From: Octopus vulgaris | Taxonomy: Eukaryota | Length of the DNA stretch: 64,000 bases | Direction of reading: 5' to 3' | Assembly: GCA_951406725.2 (NCBI GenBank) | Contig: OX597814.1 | Location: forward strand, 218,674,001-218,738,000 | In this document: one piece after another, positions 27,112 through 40,688 of the stretch | Position numbering within the stretch: the first letter of the stretch is position 1 | How the letters are laid out: every line of letters starts with the position of its first letter | Made by a program: the position numbers and the translations under genes | Notes under the pieces: generated by a model | The model's input: only the letters and a program-made list of their open reading frames with translations | Database searches by the model: none | Told to the model about the DNA's origin: nothing

Positions 27112-27619
27112 AAAAATTGTACTTGGGTGCACACGTCTACAGTTTAATGCTTTAGATGTAATGCAAACTTCTACAGCGTTGCTCTTGAATTTATAAGCTG
27201 ACATGAAATCTCGATAAAGCACAAAGTGTACGTATGTAACACGCAGACAGAGCAGAGTACATTTATCAACGGATGAGAAAAGGAAAGGAAACTAATGGGG
27301 AAAAATATACAGCTTTATTTCATTTTTCTAGGGCGATGAATTGGTAAAATGATCAGAAATGTGTTGCGGTATTTGTTCCTGCTGGTTATGTTCTGAGTTC
27401 AAATCTAGCGAGGGTGGGTGGGTGGATTCTATAAAATAATGGGTTAACATGCAGTTTAGTGCCGTAAAACAAGTAAAAGTAAATTGTACCCGGAAGTGAT
27501 GACAGTAAAGTCTTATAATTTCATAAACACAGGCACTTATTTATATACTGCCTACTGCCTTCTAGTGATAGGATGAGCATTTTTGAATGAGCGTTTGAAG
27601 TATACTACTACTATGTCAT

Positions 27620-28004
27620 GTGGAGGCGCAATGGCCCAGTGGTTAGGGCAGCGGACTCGCGGTCATAGGATCGCGGTTTCGATTCCCAGACCAGGCGTTG
27701 TGAATGTTTATTGAGCGAAAACACCTAAAGCTCCACGAGTCTCCGGCAGGGGATGGTGGTGATCCCTGCTGTACTCTTTCACCACAACTTTCTCTCACTC
27801 TTATTTCCTGTTTCTGTTGTACCTGTATTTCAAAGGGCCGGCCTTGTCACTCTCTGTGTCATGCTGAATATCCCCGAGAACTACGTTAAGGGTACACGTG
27901 TCTGTGGAGTGCTCAGCCACTTACACGTTAATTTCACGAGCAGGCTGTTCCCGTTGATTCGGATCAACCGGAACCCTCGTCGTCGTAACCGACGGAGTGC
28001 TTCC
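27620..28004 (+). mobile_element. SINE family A
   Basis: Full length; TSD ACTACTATGTC. Confidence 0.93.
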
Positions 28005-29219
28005 ATCCACTACTATGTCGTGTACCCAACAACGAACACCAGTGAAAAGCTATAGGAACGCGTTTGATACCCGACAGGCAGGCTTCCTATGTTTGTTTAG
28101 ACCACATATATAGTTGTGAAGTTGTGAAGCATTTAAAAAATTTTGTTGATTCAACGATGAGAATGAGGTTGACCGATGCTCGCCAAGAAGAAACTCAAGA
28201 GACCTGCTTTATTTACATCGAATCTGTATGGACGGAAAAATAGGCTGAGACCGCGTAAAAACTATATATAACTTCTTTGCATCATCATTATTTATATAAA
28301 TATTATGAAACTATGGGAGTTCCCTGTCATTGCTTCCAGTCCCTATTAATTTTAACATTTTTATGACACTAAACTGAATGTTAACTAAATAAAGTTCTAG
28401 TCAAACAATAGGGTCGATGTAATCAACTTGCTAAAACAAGAATTATTTTCCAGTACCAAATACTACAAAAAAAAAATCGAATTCAAATATGTAGTATTCG
28501 AATTCTGATGACAAACAATTATCCATATGAAAATTGGAAACTGTAGAATCTGGAGTACTCCTGTTTATATTTTTGGTTTTACAATAAACATTGCCTATTC
28601 CCGTATTAAATTTTTGGATATGTTCCATCTGTTTTCTTTTCAACTATGAACAAGTATAATATTCGTTTTATTTTCGTGTCGAGAAAAAGTGAGTCGTTTG
28701 GCATTAAATATGTAGCATTTCAATATTAGATTGGTCAACTCCATCTAATAAAGTTGACAGTTTCTAATAAAAATGATTTAAAACTGAAAATTGAAATTCG
28801 ACGCCGAATAAAACAACTAAATATCTATATTTCTAAATACAAAATAGCTTTAAAATAAGTATTAAATGTTTCCGCAAGTGTGTTTGCGAGTGCATGTGTT
28901 ATACATAAAGCGATTTTTTTCTTTGAAGATTTCTTAACATATTTTGAGACTACAATTTCTCTTTCAAATTTGAGAAGCCAACAATGAAAGAAGAAATAAA
29001 GTTAGCGTTAACAGATAACGTTGATTTCTTTCAATATTCATAAATTATTGTCATTTTTCACGTGGGATATGAATAAATATCAAGATCAATAAAATAAGTC
29101 TTTCTGAACAATAGTGAAATGACTGAACAGTACGAGTCTTTTGGTTCCTCAGTTCAACATTTCTGTATGCTTTTCACCCACTACAAAATATTTGAGTTCC
29201 AGATTATATCCTTTTAAAT

Positions 29220-29620
29220 ATTGGCACAAGGTCAGTAATTTTGAAGGGAGGGGAAGTCGATTACATCGATCCCTGTGTTCAACTAGTACTTATTTCATCA
29301 ATCCCGCAAGGATAAAAGGCCAAGTCCACCTTGGCTGCATTTGAACTCAGAATGTAAAGAGCCTGAAGAAATGCCGCTAATCATTACGTCCAGCGCGGCA
29401 AAGATTATGCCAGCTCGCAGTCTTTGAATCTTAGGCACAAAGCCTGAAATTTTAGAGTAGGAGGGGAGCCTAGTACATGACAGGTACTTATTTAAATGAC
29501 CCTGAAAAGATGAAAGACAAAGGTGACTTCGTCAGAGTTTGAACTCAGAACGTAAAAACGGACGAAATGCTACCAAGCATTTTGTCCGGTGTACTAACAA
29601 CTCTGCCAGCTCGTCGGCTT
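29220..29620 (-). mobile_element. Two degenerate tandem SINE C units
   Basis: TTTGAACTCAGAA...GAAATGC...GCCAGCTCG occurs twice. Confidence 0.75.
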
Positions 29621-30392
29621 AATATAGGTCTCAAATAATATAAATTGTTTGATTAATTCTTATAGCAATTACAGTCCTTAATAGAGAACGGTTATTCCTG
29701 CCTTCAAGAATTTGCTTACATGAAGTAAAACAAAAACTAGTAATATTTCAATTTAATTCTTACGTTTTTTTTCTGTAGTTTGTTTCAGCTCAGAGCTGCG
29801 GCCATGCCAATGCACTTCCGTTTCGCTACTCTGTTATTACTGAGAGCCTCCTCCAATATGTGGCACTTGGTGAAGAATGGAGTTTGATGTAGCTACCCTC
29901 ATTTGCACCTCTTGCTCTTGAGGTAGGTTCATATGGGACTCTCGACAGGAGGAGGTCTAGCTTTGATATTAAAACGCCTATATTTACTTTGTGCGGTTCT
30001 TTGGGAGAATATTAAAAGGCTGTGGGCCCCTGAAACCCAGGCTGTTGCAGTAACTGGTCCTGAAGCACGATGGCGTTGCTGGGATCTTTGGCACTATGCA
30101 GTGTCGTCCCGTTCTGGCATTGGTGTAGAAAGGATTTGAACTACTTTTCTTAGATTTACGTGGTCTACTTCTTTGGTTCATACTTATATGTATAACTATA
30201 CACAATTGGCTGAATTGTATATATAAACATGAAAGAATAATGTGTGATTTGAGGAGAGATCTGTATATTGTTGGGTCATGAATACATTTCTACGTAAAAT
30301 AGGCAGTTGAAATTTGGAAGAGATTTAGCTGCTACTCTTATCATGTCTATCATGGTGTAGATGCTTCCTGTTTTAGTTTAACACATAAGTTT

Positions 30393-30494
<102 letters not shown>

Positions 30495-30982
30495 CGACAG
30501 ATGTCTGTATTTGTGTTTGTAACTAAGTTGATACATTAAGTTTATCGAACAAATGAAGAAACTAGATTGCCATTAAACATGGAGAAAATATTATCAAACA
30601 TTTTAATAATAACAAATATATGTTTTAAAATACTAACCAAGTTTATAACCATATTCTCTTGACATAATTATGAATATATGTCGAGTAACATTTTTTTCCC
30701 GTTCGTCACTTCTATAGTACTTAATGTCACAGTCTTTTTACAGTCACACAATTGGTTACGGTAAAATGTTCTGCGTGAATATATCGAGAGTGAAGTATAT
30801 GTCTCGAGTTCGAACTCCGGAGGTTCTTTGTTCAAATTCTTTGATTAAGTGTTCATACGGACACCGAAAACAAACCCGTAACTATGTTATGGTACCAACC
30901 AGCATGCTACAGAGGGCGATCAACTACCCAAATGTGCACAAAACCTTCCCACAAACGTCAACAACAGGGTAAAGATGACTGA

Positions 30983-31245
30983 AACCGCGAGTCCGCTGCC
31001 CTAACCACTGAGTGATGATCCCTGCTGTACTCTTTCACCACAACTTTCTCTCACTCTTACTTCCTGTTTCTGTTGTACCTGTTGTGACTCTCTGTGTCAC
31101 GCTGAATCTCCCCGAGAACTACGTTAAGGGTACACGTGTCTGTGGAGTGCTCAGCCACTTACACGTTAATTTCACGAGCAGGCTGTTCCGTTGATTCGTA
31201 TCAACCGGAACCCTCGTCGTCGTAACCGACGGAGTGCTTCCATCC
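30983..31245 (+). mobile_element. SINE family A with inverted 5' head
   Basis: 30983-31010 is head sequence in minus orientation, 31012-31241 is body in plus orientation; TSD AAAGATGACTGA at 30971-30982 and 31246-31257. Confidence 0.88.
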
Positions 31246-31289
31246 AAAGATGACTGATCCCGCACCAGATATTAAGTCGAGTCCCCTCA

Positions 31290-32260
31290 CGCAACTATTC
31301 CCGAGTCTCTAATCACGGCGAACAGTTTTTAACATGTTGAATGCTTTTCGCTTCTTCTCTAAACTAAGACCAATTTCTTCTTCATTATCGTCAAACCAAT
31401 CCTGGTGCTTTTTCACAACAAAACCAAGAATGTTATTACAAACCTCATAGACTCTGTTTTTGAATAAATTTCAACTTCCATCACAGGTCAAATTATTTAT
31501 CTCACAAAATTACCGAGAGCTGACGACATCTTAAGTTTATTGACATCAATCCGTTTAGGTCACTTGACGTTGTTTGCTCTAACCTTAGGCTTGACAACTA
31601 AATTCACCTTAGCACGCAGAAGCCTATGGTCCATCCAGCACTCTGCCCCAAGCATAACTCGCAATCTATAAGGTGCCATTTCTTAGATCCAGGGTTCATC
31701 CATGTTGCTTTATAATTATTTTTTAGTTGAAACATTGTGTTCATGACACACAGATCCATCTCAGCTCACATTTGTAATAACAGTAAAGTGTTGTAACTCT
31801 CAACCCCATATTTTCCTAAAACACCCCCAAGTCTCCCAATCTGCACCAATGCGAGTATTAAAACCACCTAAAATGACAACTTTGTCATCTGGAAGGATAC
31901 TGCAGATAATCTCTAAGTGACAGAAGGCAAGTTTATCATTTTCGGACGAATTCATAGTTATGAGTGTTGCATGGCGAGCCTTTCTTAATGGAATTGTTAA
32001 AAACATCAAACTATCAGAATGACCACATGGTAGTTCAAGTCTAGAAACCAAAGTTGTTTTAATTGCAAATTAATTCTCTCTTACAAGTCTCATCTCGACC
32101 GCTGCTCCAAAATCAGAGTTACAGCGATATGTTTATCGCTGAACCTCTTTTGCAACAAATGCGAATTTTCTCTCCGGAAGAGATTTCAACAGACCCTTGT
32201 CTAATAAGGTTCGAATATTCTAACACCCAATATTCATAGGCTTGCACTTTAACCTGAATT
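31290..32260 (-). mobile_element. Decayed RTE-clade LINE, AP-endonuclease region
   Basis: DDKVVILGGFNTRIG (GDFN motif, track ORF 31800..32051); manual reading PGSKKWHLID and RVMLGAECWMDHRLL (DH motif). Confidence 0.8.
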
Positions 32261-32974
32261 TACTCACAGTTCCAGGATGACGACCGGATCCAGGCTGTGG
32301 TGCCCTGGGACACCTGCCGGGCCAGACTACAGGACAAAATATTCCAAAGCTCTTCTTGCCATTTACTTCAGTATCAGTATCGACTTTCATTGTTTTATTG
32401 TGCCTTTTTTGGCTTCGGCCAGCCATCTACATTCAAGATGTTCATTTCTTTTTCCCTTCCTGCAATACCTGTGCTTGACGCTTTTTAAAGTGAGGAAAAG
32501 TTTTGCACAGAACTAATCCCACTCTCTAAACTAAAAAGCATGATTCGAAAAGAAGAGCAAGTCGACATCATAGGTTGCAGTTGCAATCGCAGGTTTTATA
32601 TCAGCGTGTCCTTCTCCCAGTCTTTGCCCAATCATAGGCTAACCACAAGACAGCAGTGAAGGATTTGAATTCAGAGTTATCTTCGCCTCGGAAGATTGCC
32701 TTCACCACGGCCTTGTTAGACAGAGGAACTCCACCCGCCCCTTTATATTTATACAAACACACGCACAAATATATAAAATATATTTTTCTTTTTTCTTTCT
32801 CTTTTCGTTCTTTTTTTTAAAATATAAATGTAAAATATAAATATATATGTAAACAATATCAAGGAGATATAAAAGGAATCATAAATATGTATAAATATAA
32901 AATATTTCTAAAAAAATATTTTCATCTACCTACCTACCTACCTACCTACCTACCTACCTACCTACCTACATACA

Positions 32975-33005
<31 letters not shown>

Positions 33006-33789
33006 GTCGTTATTGTCGTCGTCGGCTGTCCCTTGTAGATTGACGTTGGTTGTTACTGTTCGGTAATCATCTCTAGCAGGCTCGTATGTGGGCCACAAGG
33101 CCTGCTCTTGATCAGCACAGCGATGACATCTACTGCAGGTGAAGCTATTTAACGTAACGGAGAAGTGATGCCTCTCGTGTGCCCTTTTTTCATATTCCCT
33201 GTTGTTTTTCCTCAGTGGCCGGAAATACGAGCTTCAACGATCGGTGCCATTCATTGCGCTGCAGGGCCTTCTCTTCCCAGATATCTTAAGAGATGCCGAA
33301 GTTCTTCATACGTCTCTTCAGCATATTCCTGTATCGCAATCTCAGACCACTACGGCTCCTTCTGCCTTGATGCAGTTCAGGGTAAAAACCGTCTTTGGGA
33401 GTTTGCCACTCTCCATCATGCAAACGTGCCCCGCTCAGATGTGACAAAATGGGTTCAAAGACCGTGTAAAAGCTATTTGTACGTTCTACGCGTAGTTTCC
33501 ATGTTATAAACTTATAATGAAATTATGAAATTTCGCTGTTATCTCTTCCAATTTCTATCGCAAGTTACTTTCACTTTTTTAATGCACTAAACTGCATGTT
33601 AACCAAGGAATTTATAGCAGCACGGTAGTGTAAATGAAACGAAATAGCATCGTTTCTTGCATTGACTCGTGATCCCAAAATAATAAATAGAAATGTGTTA
33701 TCAATTGAATTAACCGCAGTACATGCCGAGTAATTAATTTATTGCAAGACAAATGGCTTCCCCTGTTAGTTTTGAACTCAAATCATATT

Positions 33790-35995
33790 ATTATCTTCTT
33801 TCAATTTTGTATCCATTTCTTGCTGAGTGTCTTCTCAACACCTAGAGTAAAGAAACTCACTGTATACATTGATAGACCATCAAAATAAACACACCAGGTT
33901 GTTCATTTACAAAGTCATGTGATAGAAAAACGAAAGAAAGAAAAAAATGAAAAGAAAACAAAGAAAATAAAGGGGGAAAAGGAATATGTGTGACCAGTTA
34001 CCAGTTACCAGTTAAGACAATATTTTGCACTTCTTGCATGGATGGTAAGCCAGAGATCATCCTCAAATAATTTTCAGTTCCTTTTTTGATCATTCCGAGT
34101 GCTCCTACAATCACTGGTATTGCAGCCATCTTGAGATCTCAAATATTTTCGATTTCAATTAGCAAATATTTATATTGTCTGAGATTATCAAATTCTCTTG
34201 CTGAGATATTATGATCACAAGATATGATCATGTCAATCAACAAACAGATTTTATTGTTTTGGTCTTTCACAGCAATAGCTGATTTATTAGTTTTGATGGT
34301 CCGGTTTGTATGTACTGGAAAGTCCTAGAGAATCGTTACATTTTCTCCCACAGTTACAACCTCGGGGTGGTGTTTGTACCATTTGTCAGCAGTTCTAATT
34401 TTATAATGCCGACATATTATCCAGTATCGATTATTAGCCAACTCCGTCTTGTCTTGATTTATATCCTACTGGCGCTAAAACCCAGAGATTAGATGGCCCA
34501 CTTTTTCGATGTCATTGTTGCGGTGTCGGCACTTTGGTTCTATTCCATTTTTATTACATTGGCTTGGTAGTTCCGGGTCAATAAATTCTGATATTGAGCA
34601 GCTGAGATAAAGCCTTCACTCTCTGCCTTTAGCCCTGAGCTCTGTAGCCACTGATGGGTATGCTTCTGGTCTACATCAGCTTGTTTGCTACCAGCTACAA
34701 ATTTGCCATGCAGAAGTTTTTATTCCCACCTATCAGCCAATTGTTCAAACTCATTTTCTTCATTGATTTCACCTTCTTAGCAACAACAGTTGCTGCACTT
34801 CCATCATGCTGTCCAACCTGTGTATTATGCATGAATTCACTAGCAAAATTTTTGCTCTCCTTCTTGACAGAATGAAACTTCTTACGTCTCACGTGGTTTT
34901 CAACGAGTTTTAGTATCCAGTCGTTAGATGTTTCAAGAAATTTGGCCAGTCCAATTGCAAGAGAATATAAATTGGATCAAGCCCCGACCTCCTTTGGGAG
35001 GTGCATCTTGTTGCAAGACAGCAGCTTACAGATTTTACTATCAATCTTCATTATTTCGCTGGTATTCCAGTTCAACACATTGAAACCATAAATAACAACT
35101 GAAACTTCTGAAGGAATTTATGGCTAACACCTTGTTACGAGCATTTCACTCAGATTTTAGGACTGCTCGAACTCTCCTGTAACATACCCTCCAGATCATC
35201 TCTTCCATGCTTGCATGCTGAATACCAGAAACCCCATTTATTCCAAGGTGTTTGTAAATTTGTTCCTGCTCAAGCTGTTTTATAATTGTATCAATATCTA
35301 ACACCACTGAATATGAGGTCTTCAATTTCTCTTACTGAAAAGTGGCCTTGGCACAGTTATCAAGACCAAATTCCATCCCGATGTCATCACTGAATGCTTT
35401 CACAATAGATCTTCAAGCGCATTACTGTCTTTGCAATAGAGTTTTAAGTCATCCATGTAAAATAGATGGTTTATTTTCTTGTCAATTTTATACCCACACC
35501 CTGTTCTGTTCAGTTAACTTGTAAGGAGTATTAGAGGCTATGCAAAAAATTAGAGGTGGAAGTGAATTACCTTGGAAAAAGTCACAGTTGGTATTAATAT
35601 TGTTTGTAGTCAGTACTCCATTAGAGTGGAGTAACTGAAGATTCGTATTCCACACTGACATGTTGTGCTTCAGGAAGTTTGAAATTATAGGAGAAATTTT
35701 GAAGATATCCAGTGATTTCAAAACCCTTGAATAAGCTATGCCGTTAAAGCCCCTTTTGTAATCAATCCATGCGGAACTGAGATTTCTGCGTTTGTTATGA
35801 CAGTTCTCAAGGATCATACTATTGATTAGAATTTGATCTTTGCATCCATATGAGCCCCGTCAGCATCCTTTTTGTTTAGTGGGAAAATATGGTTGTGTTC
35901 CATAAAGGCGTATGTTTTCTATCTACGTAGTAGATAGACAGGTTATGGGCCGATAATTTTGGGGAAACTTGGCCTAATTATTCTTTGGAAGTAGG
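33790..35995 (-). mobile_element. Decayed R4/Dong-like LINE (RT, RLE and 3' UTR) bounded by (TAA)n-type repeats
   Basis: Track ORF 35488..35817 AWIDYKRGFNGI...FFQGNSLPPLIFCIA; manual reading LFYMDDLK, QWLQSSGLKAESEGFISAAQ and PIVVGALG; multiple stops and frameshifts. Confidence 0.85.
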
Positions 35996-35997
35996 TA

Positions 35998-36216
35998 ATT
36001 ATTATTATTATTATTATTATTATTACTTTCTTTTTTTTCTTCTTTCAAATTTGCTTCCATTTCTTGCCGAGTGTCTTCCCGACTCCTAGAGCAAAGAAAC
36101 TCATAGTATATATTGGTAGGCCATTAAACCAAACTCAGTAGTTCGTTCATTTTTTTTTTTTTTTTAAGTTAAATTAAAATACATGAGCAGCAACAGTTCT
36201 CACATCGACAATGCTC

Positions 36217-36288
<72 letters not shown>
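35998..36288 (-). mobile_element. 5'-truncated Dong-like 3' UTR between (ATT)n tracts
   Basis: 36040-36217 is the near-exact reverse complement of ~60805-60990. Confidence 0.8.
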
Positions 36289-36291
<3 letters not shown>

Positions 36292-36369
36292 TTTAAAAAG
36301 GATTGACTTAACTCTTCACAAAGGTAAACTGTCAAGACAAAGAGCACGATTCGATCGTAATAGATAATT

Positions 36370-37990
36370 TATTGGTTGAACAATATTTCGACAGTAAGTC
36401 TGTCTTTGTCAAGTACAAAATAAAAGGTGATAAAAATTCAAAATTATAGAAATTTAAATTCAAAGTATGAACGAGAGCAACCAGCGTCCACACGTTGATG
36501 GAATGACATCATCGGTCTTTAAGTTACAATTTTATAACAGGCGAAAAGAAAAAGACAGAAAAAAAGACAGAAAAAAGAGGGAAAGAAAAATGAAAAGGAA
36601 AAAGAAGAATATTTAATCAAACAGTTTTGTATAAATTTGATGATATTCTCCTGTCATTTTATTCATTCCTCCAGGGCGTGATGTTAATAACCCGCAAACA
36701 TATTTCTCCTCATGCATTCTGAGAAGTGAAAGTGAAACAGATTCAGAATATTCTTCTTCAAAATTGCAGCCGTTTAAAACGAAATGTTCGGCAAGTTCTG
36801 TCGAATCTGTGCCCATTAAACCTTTTGCTTGATTGTTCTGTTGTGCAACCAACATAAACCAAGTTGTGTTTCATGCATTCTGCCACGTACACCAAATGGG
36901 AATCTCTACATGTCCCACCTTCTGTATAAATCATAACATTTCTGTTATGATTCTTGATAGAATTCACTTCACTCAAGTTGTTGCACAAGGAACAGGGCTT
37001 ACCTCCCTTGCGGCTGTTTTTCAGAGTACAGCGTACAGATACTCCAATGTTCGTATTTTTCAAGTCAGAAATAGAGGTCAATAATTCTCTTATATTCTTA
37101 TTCCGTCTAAAGGCTACAATAGGCGGCAGAGGAAATATCTGTTTGAAACGAGGATATGTTTTCGCCACATGCTGGTAACTTTCATGCAACACGTTTGAAA
37201 TGCCAGCGAAATGTCGGTGTCACTTAATCACTAAAGTAATTTTGTAATCTATCGTATTGTGTTTGCTAAAATTATGCGTGAATGTTTGACTATCTTTGCT
37301 AATCTTAGCTATTTCATTTGTTATTTCCTTTAATCTTGATCCACTGCAACCGCATTTGACATAATGATATACAAAAGCATTTGCATGTTTCCAGTAATCC
37401 CCTATGTCAATATATATCCGTTTTATCCTCAAAAATTGGGATTTCGGATTTGACCGAATAATATGATGTGGATGATCGGAGAAGCGGTGGAGATAAATGT
37501 GGGATGACGTGAGCTTGCAAAATAACTGTCACTAGAAAACTTGACTTTTGTGTCCAAAAACTCAACGCTAGTTTTTGGAAATCTAGAACGTAAATTTTAT
37601 GTTGAACTTAAAGCCATAGTTTTTAGCATAACAGTCACAGAAACGCAAGAAGTCCCTTAAGCTATTCTGTGATCCTTCCCAGACAAAAAACACGTCATCA
37701 ATGAACCGTAACCAGAGTATTGGTTCATGACCATGAAGGGTTTTGAATGTGTTCAGTAACTGTCTCGAATTTCGTCATGAGGATATTAGCGAAATTTATT
37801 GCCAAGGGGGTATCCAAGGCGCAACCCTTCGTCTGGTGGTAAAATCTTTGTCTAAACTTCGTTGTGTTACTTTGTAACACAAACCTCAATATTCTAGAGA
37901 GAAAATTTGATAGAATACTTTTGTTTGACCGCTTTTCGAAGGCATCTATACCATATATTTTTTGCAATTTACTAAACAATTATCATCGTT
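36370..37990 (-). mobile_element. Decayed Penelope-like element (RT plus GIY-YIG endonuclease)
   Basis: FYHQTKGCALDTPLAINFANILM (ORF 37725..37979); manual WLRFIDDVFFVW at ~37680-37715; ORF 36758..37192 PPIVAFRRNKNIRELL, Cys-rich linker, LVYVAECMKHNLVYVGCT...RFNGHR. Confidence 0.9.
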
Positions 37991-38108
37991 TTGCTGTTAA
38001 TAAGCATTATGGGTGACATAATACATTTCCCAATGTCATAGTATGATTCATATACGGTATTTTTATACAATATTTGTCTGCGTATATGTGTGTGAGAGAG
38101 AGAGAGGG

Positions 38109-38171
<63 letters not shown>

Positions 38172-38449
38172 AAGAGAGAAAGAGAGAGAGAGATGTATTT
38201 CAGTACCCTCAAGAAAATCGTTGAGGAAGACGTTGGCTCACATTGTAGTATGTTGGTGAACGCGTTTCAAGACCGCAATATATGGAGGAACACCACAGTG
38301 TCATCAATTGACGTTGGATGATGAAACTCTCTATTTATCATTGATGAAAGGCTCAGCTATGATGGAGGCATCAGGATGTTGTAGCAATTGAACAGATGAT
38401 TCAGAACGAATTACTGCCTTTGCGATTAATAGCTTTTGAACTATAATAA

Positions 38450-39340
38450 TTCTTTCCACTTTAGACAAAAAGCCTGATATTTTTTGGGGCGGGTGTAAGT
38501 CGATTACATCGACCCCAATACTCAACTGGTACTAATTTTATCGAGTCTGAAATTATGAAAGGCAAAGTCAACCTTAGCGGAATTTCAACTCAGAACGTAA
38601 AGACGGACGAAATACCTATTTCTTTACTACCCACAAGGGGCTAAACACAGAGAGGACAAACAAGGACAGACAAACGGATTAAGTCGATTATAGCGACCCC
38701 AGTGCGTAACTGGTACTTATTTAATCGACCACGGCGGAATTTGAACTCAGAACGTAGTGGCAGACGAAATACCTATTTCTTTACTACCCACAAGGGGCTA
38801 AACACAGAGAGGACAAACAAGGACAGACAAACGGATTAAGTCGATTATAGCGACCTCAGTACGTAACTGGTACTTATTTAATCGACCACGGCGGAATTTG
38901 AACTCAGAACGTAGCGGCAGACGAAATACCTATTTCTTTACTACTCACAAGGGGCTAAACACAGAGGGGACAAACAAGGACAGACAAACGGATTAAGTTG
39001 ATTATATCGACCCCAGTGCGTAACTGGTACTTATTTAATCGACCCCCGAAAGGATGAAAAGCAAAGTCGACCTTGGCGGAATTTGAACTCAGAACGTAGC
39101 GGCAGACGAAATACCTATTTCTTTACTACTCACAAGGGGCTAAACACAGAGAGGACAAACAAGGACAAACGGATTAAGTTGATTATATCGACCCCAGTGC
39201 ATAACTGGTACTTATTTAATCGACCCCCGAAAGGACGAAAGGCAAAGTCAACCACGGCGGAATTTGAACTCAAAACGTAACGGCAGACGAAATACGGCTA
39301 CGCATTTCGCCCGGCGTGCTAACCTTTCTGCCAGCTCGCT
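38450..39340 (-). mobile_element. SINE C concatemer (one head plus four re-initiated units)
   Basis: Junction GAAATACCTATTTC at 38609, 38766, 38923, 39108; intact head at 39289-39339; periods 157, 157, 185, 181. Confidence 0.92.
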
Positions 39341-39679
39341 GATTTTTTTTGTTTATTTATTTAGTTAATTATTTATTTATTAAAAAAAATTTTTTTTTTT
39401 ACTATAATAATAACATTTCTCAATAGCAGAGTTTCTTATATTTTTATTATTAGAATTCCATAAGCTTCGTGATCAAATTTTTGCTGTTTATGCTACAAAA
39501 ATTTTTACTTGTCTCGAGGGACATTTCTGGAATTTTTGGTTTGCATGCAACCAAAACAGGATATGTAGATGCTTATTTATGATTTCGTATTAAGTGGTTC
39601 AGAAGCAAATCTAGTTTATGAAAACAAAATGAAAACAAAAACAAACTATTCTCTTAAAGATTAATATTAGTTTCAAATG

Positions 39680-40281
39680 TTGTTACAAAGCCAGCAATTT
39701 TGGGGAAGGAGGTTAAGTTGAGTATATCGACTCCACTATTCAACTGGTACTTATTTTATCAATCCCAAAAAGATGAAAGGCAAAGCCGACCTCGGTGGAA
39801 TTTGAACTCAGAACGTAAAGACGGACGAAATGCCGCTAAGTATTTTTCCGGCGTGGTAATGATTCTTATTTCTTTATTGTCCACAAGGGGCTAAACATAG
39901 AAGGGACAAACAAGGACAAACAAGGGATTAAGTCGATTAAATAGACCCCAGTGCATAACTGGTACTTAATTTATCGACCCCGAAAGGATGAAAGGCAAAG
40001 TCGACCTCGGCAGAATTTGAACCCAGAACGTAACGGCAGACGAAATACCTATTTCTTTACTACCCACAAGGGGATAAACATAGAGGGGACAAACAAGGAC
40101 AGACAAAGGTATTAAGTCGATTACATCGACTCCAGTGCGTAACTAGTACTTATTTAATCGACCCCGAAAGGATGAAAGGCAAAGTCGACCAAGGCGGAAT
40201 TTGAACTCAGAACGTAGCGGCAGACGAAATTCTGCTAAGCATTTCGCCCGGCGCGCTAACGATTCTGCCAGCTCATCGCCT
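39680..40281 (-). mobile_element. SINE C trimer
   Basis: Head at ~40225-40280; junctions at 40042 and ~39862. Confidence 0.9.
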
Positions 40282-40499
40282 TACCTGAAGACTAATATTG
40301 AGCTGCGTCAATGAAAGGGTTCTGTTTGTAAGGTTTTCCTTTTTAAATAGTTTTAGTCGATCAAATCGATTCCCGTCTTTATCTTATAAGGTTCATACTA
40401 ATTTTATCGGTTTATTTTTTCGCGAAGCCCCAAATTAGGGGGACTTAAAACAACCTACATGAATGTATGTACATATGTATATGTAATGTAATGCAAGAG

Positions 40500-40555
40500 T
40501 GTGTATGTATGTATGTATGTATGTATGTATGTATGTATGTATGTATGTATGTATG

Positions 40556-40594
<39 letters not shown>

Positions 40595-40657
40595 TTGTGT
40601 GTATGTATGTATGTATGTATGTATGTATGTATGTATGTATGTATGTATGTGTGTGTA

Positions 40658-40688
<31 letters not shown>

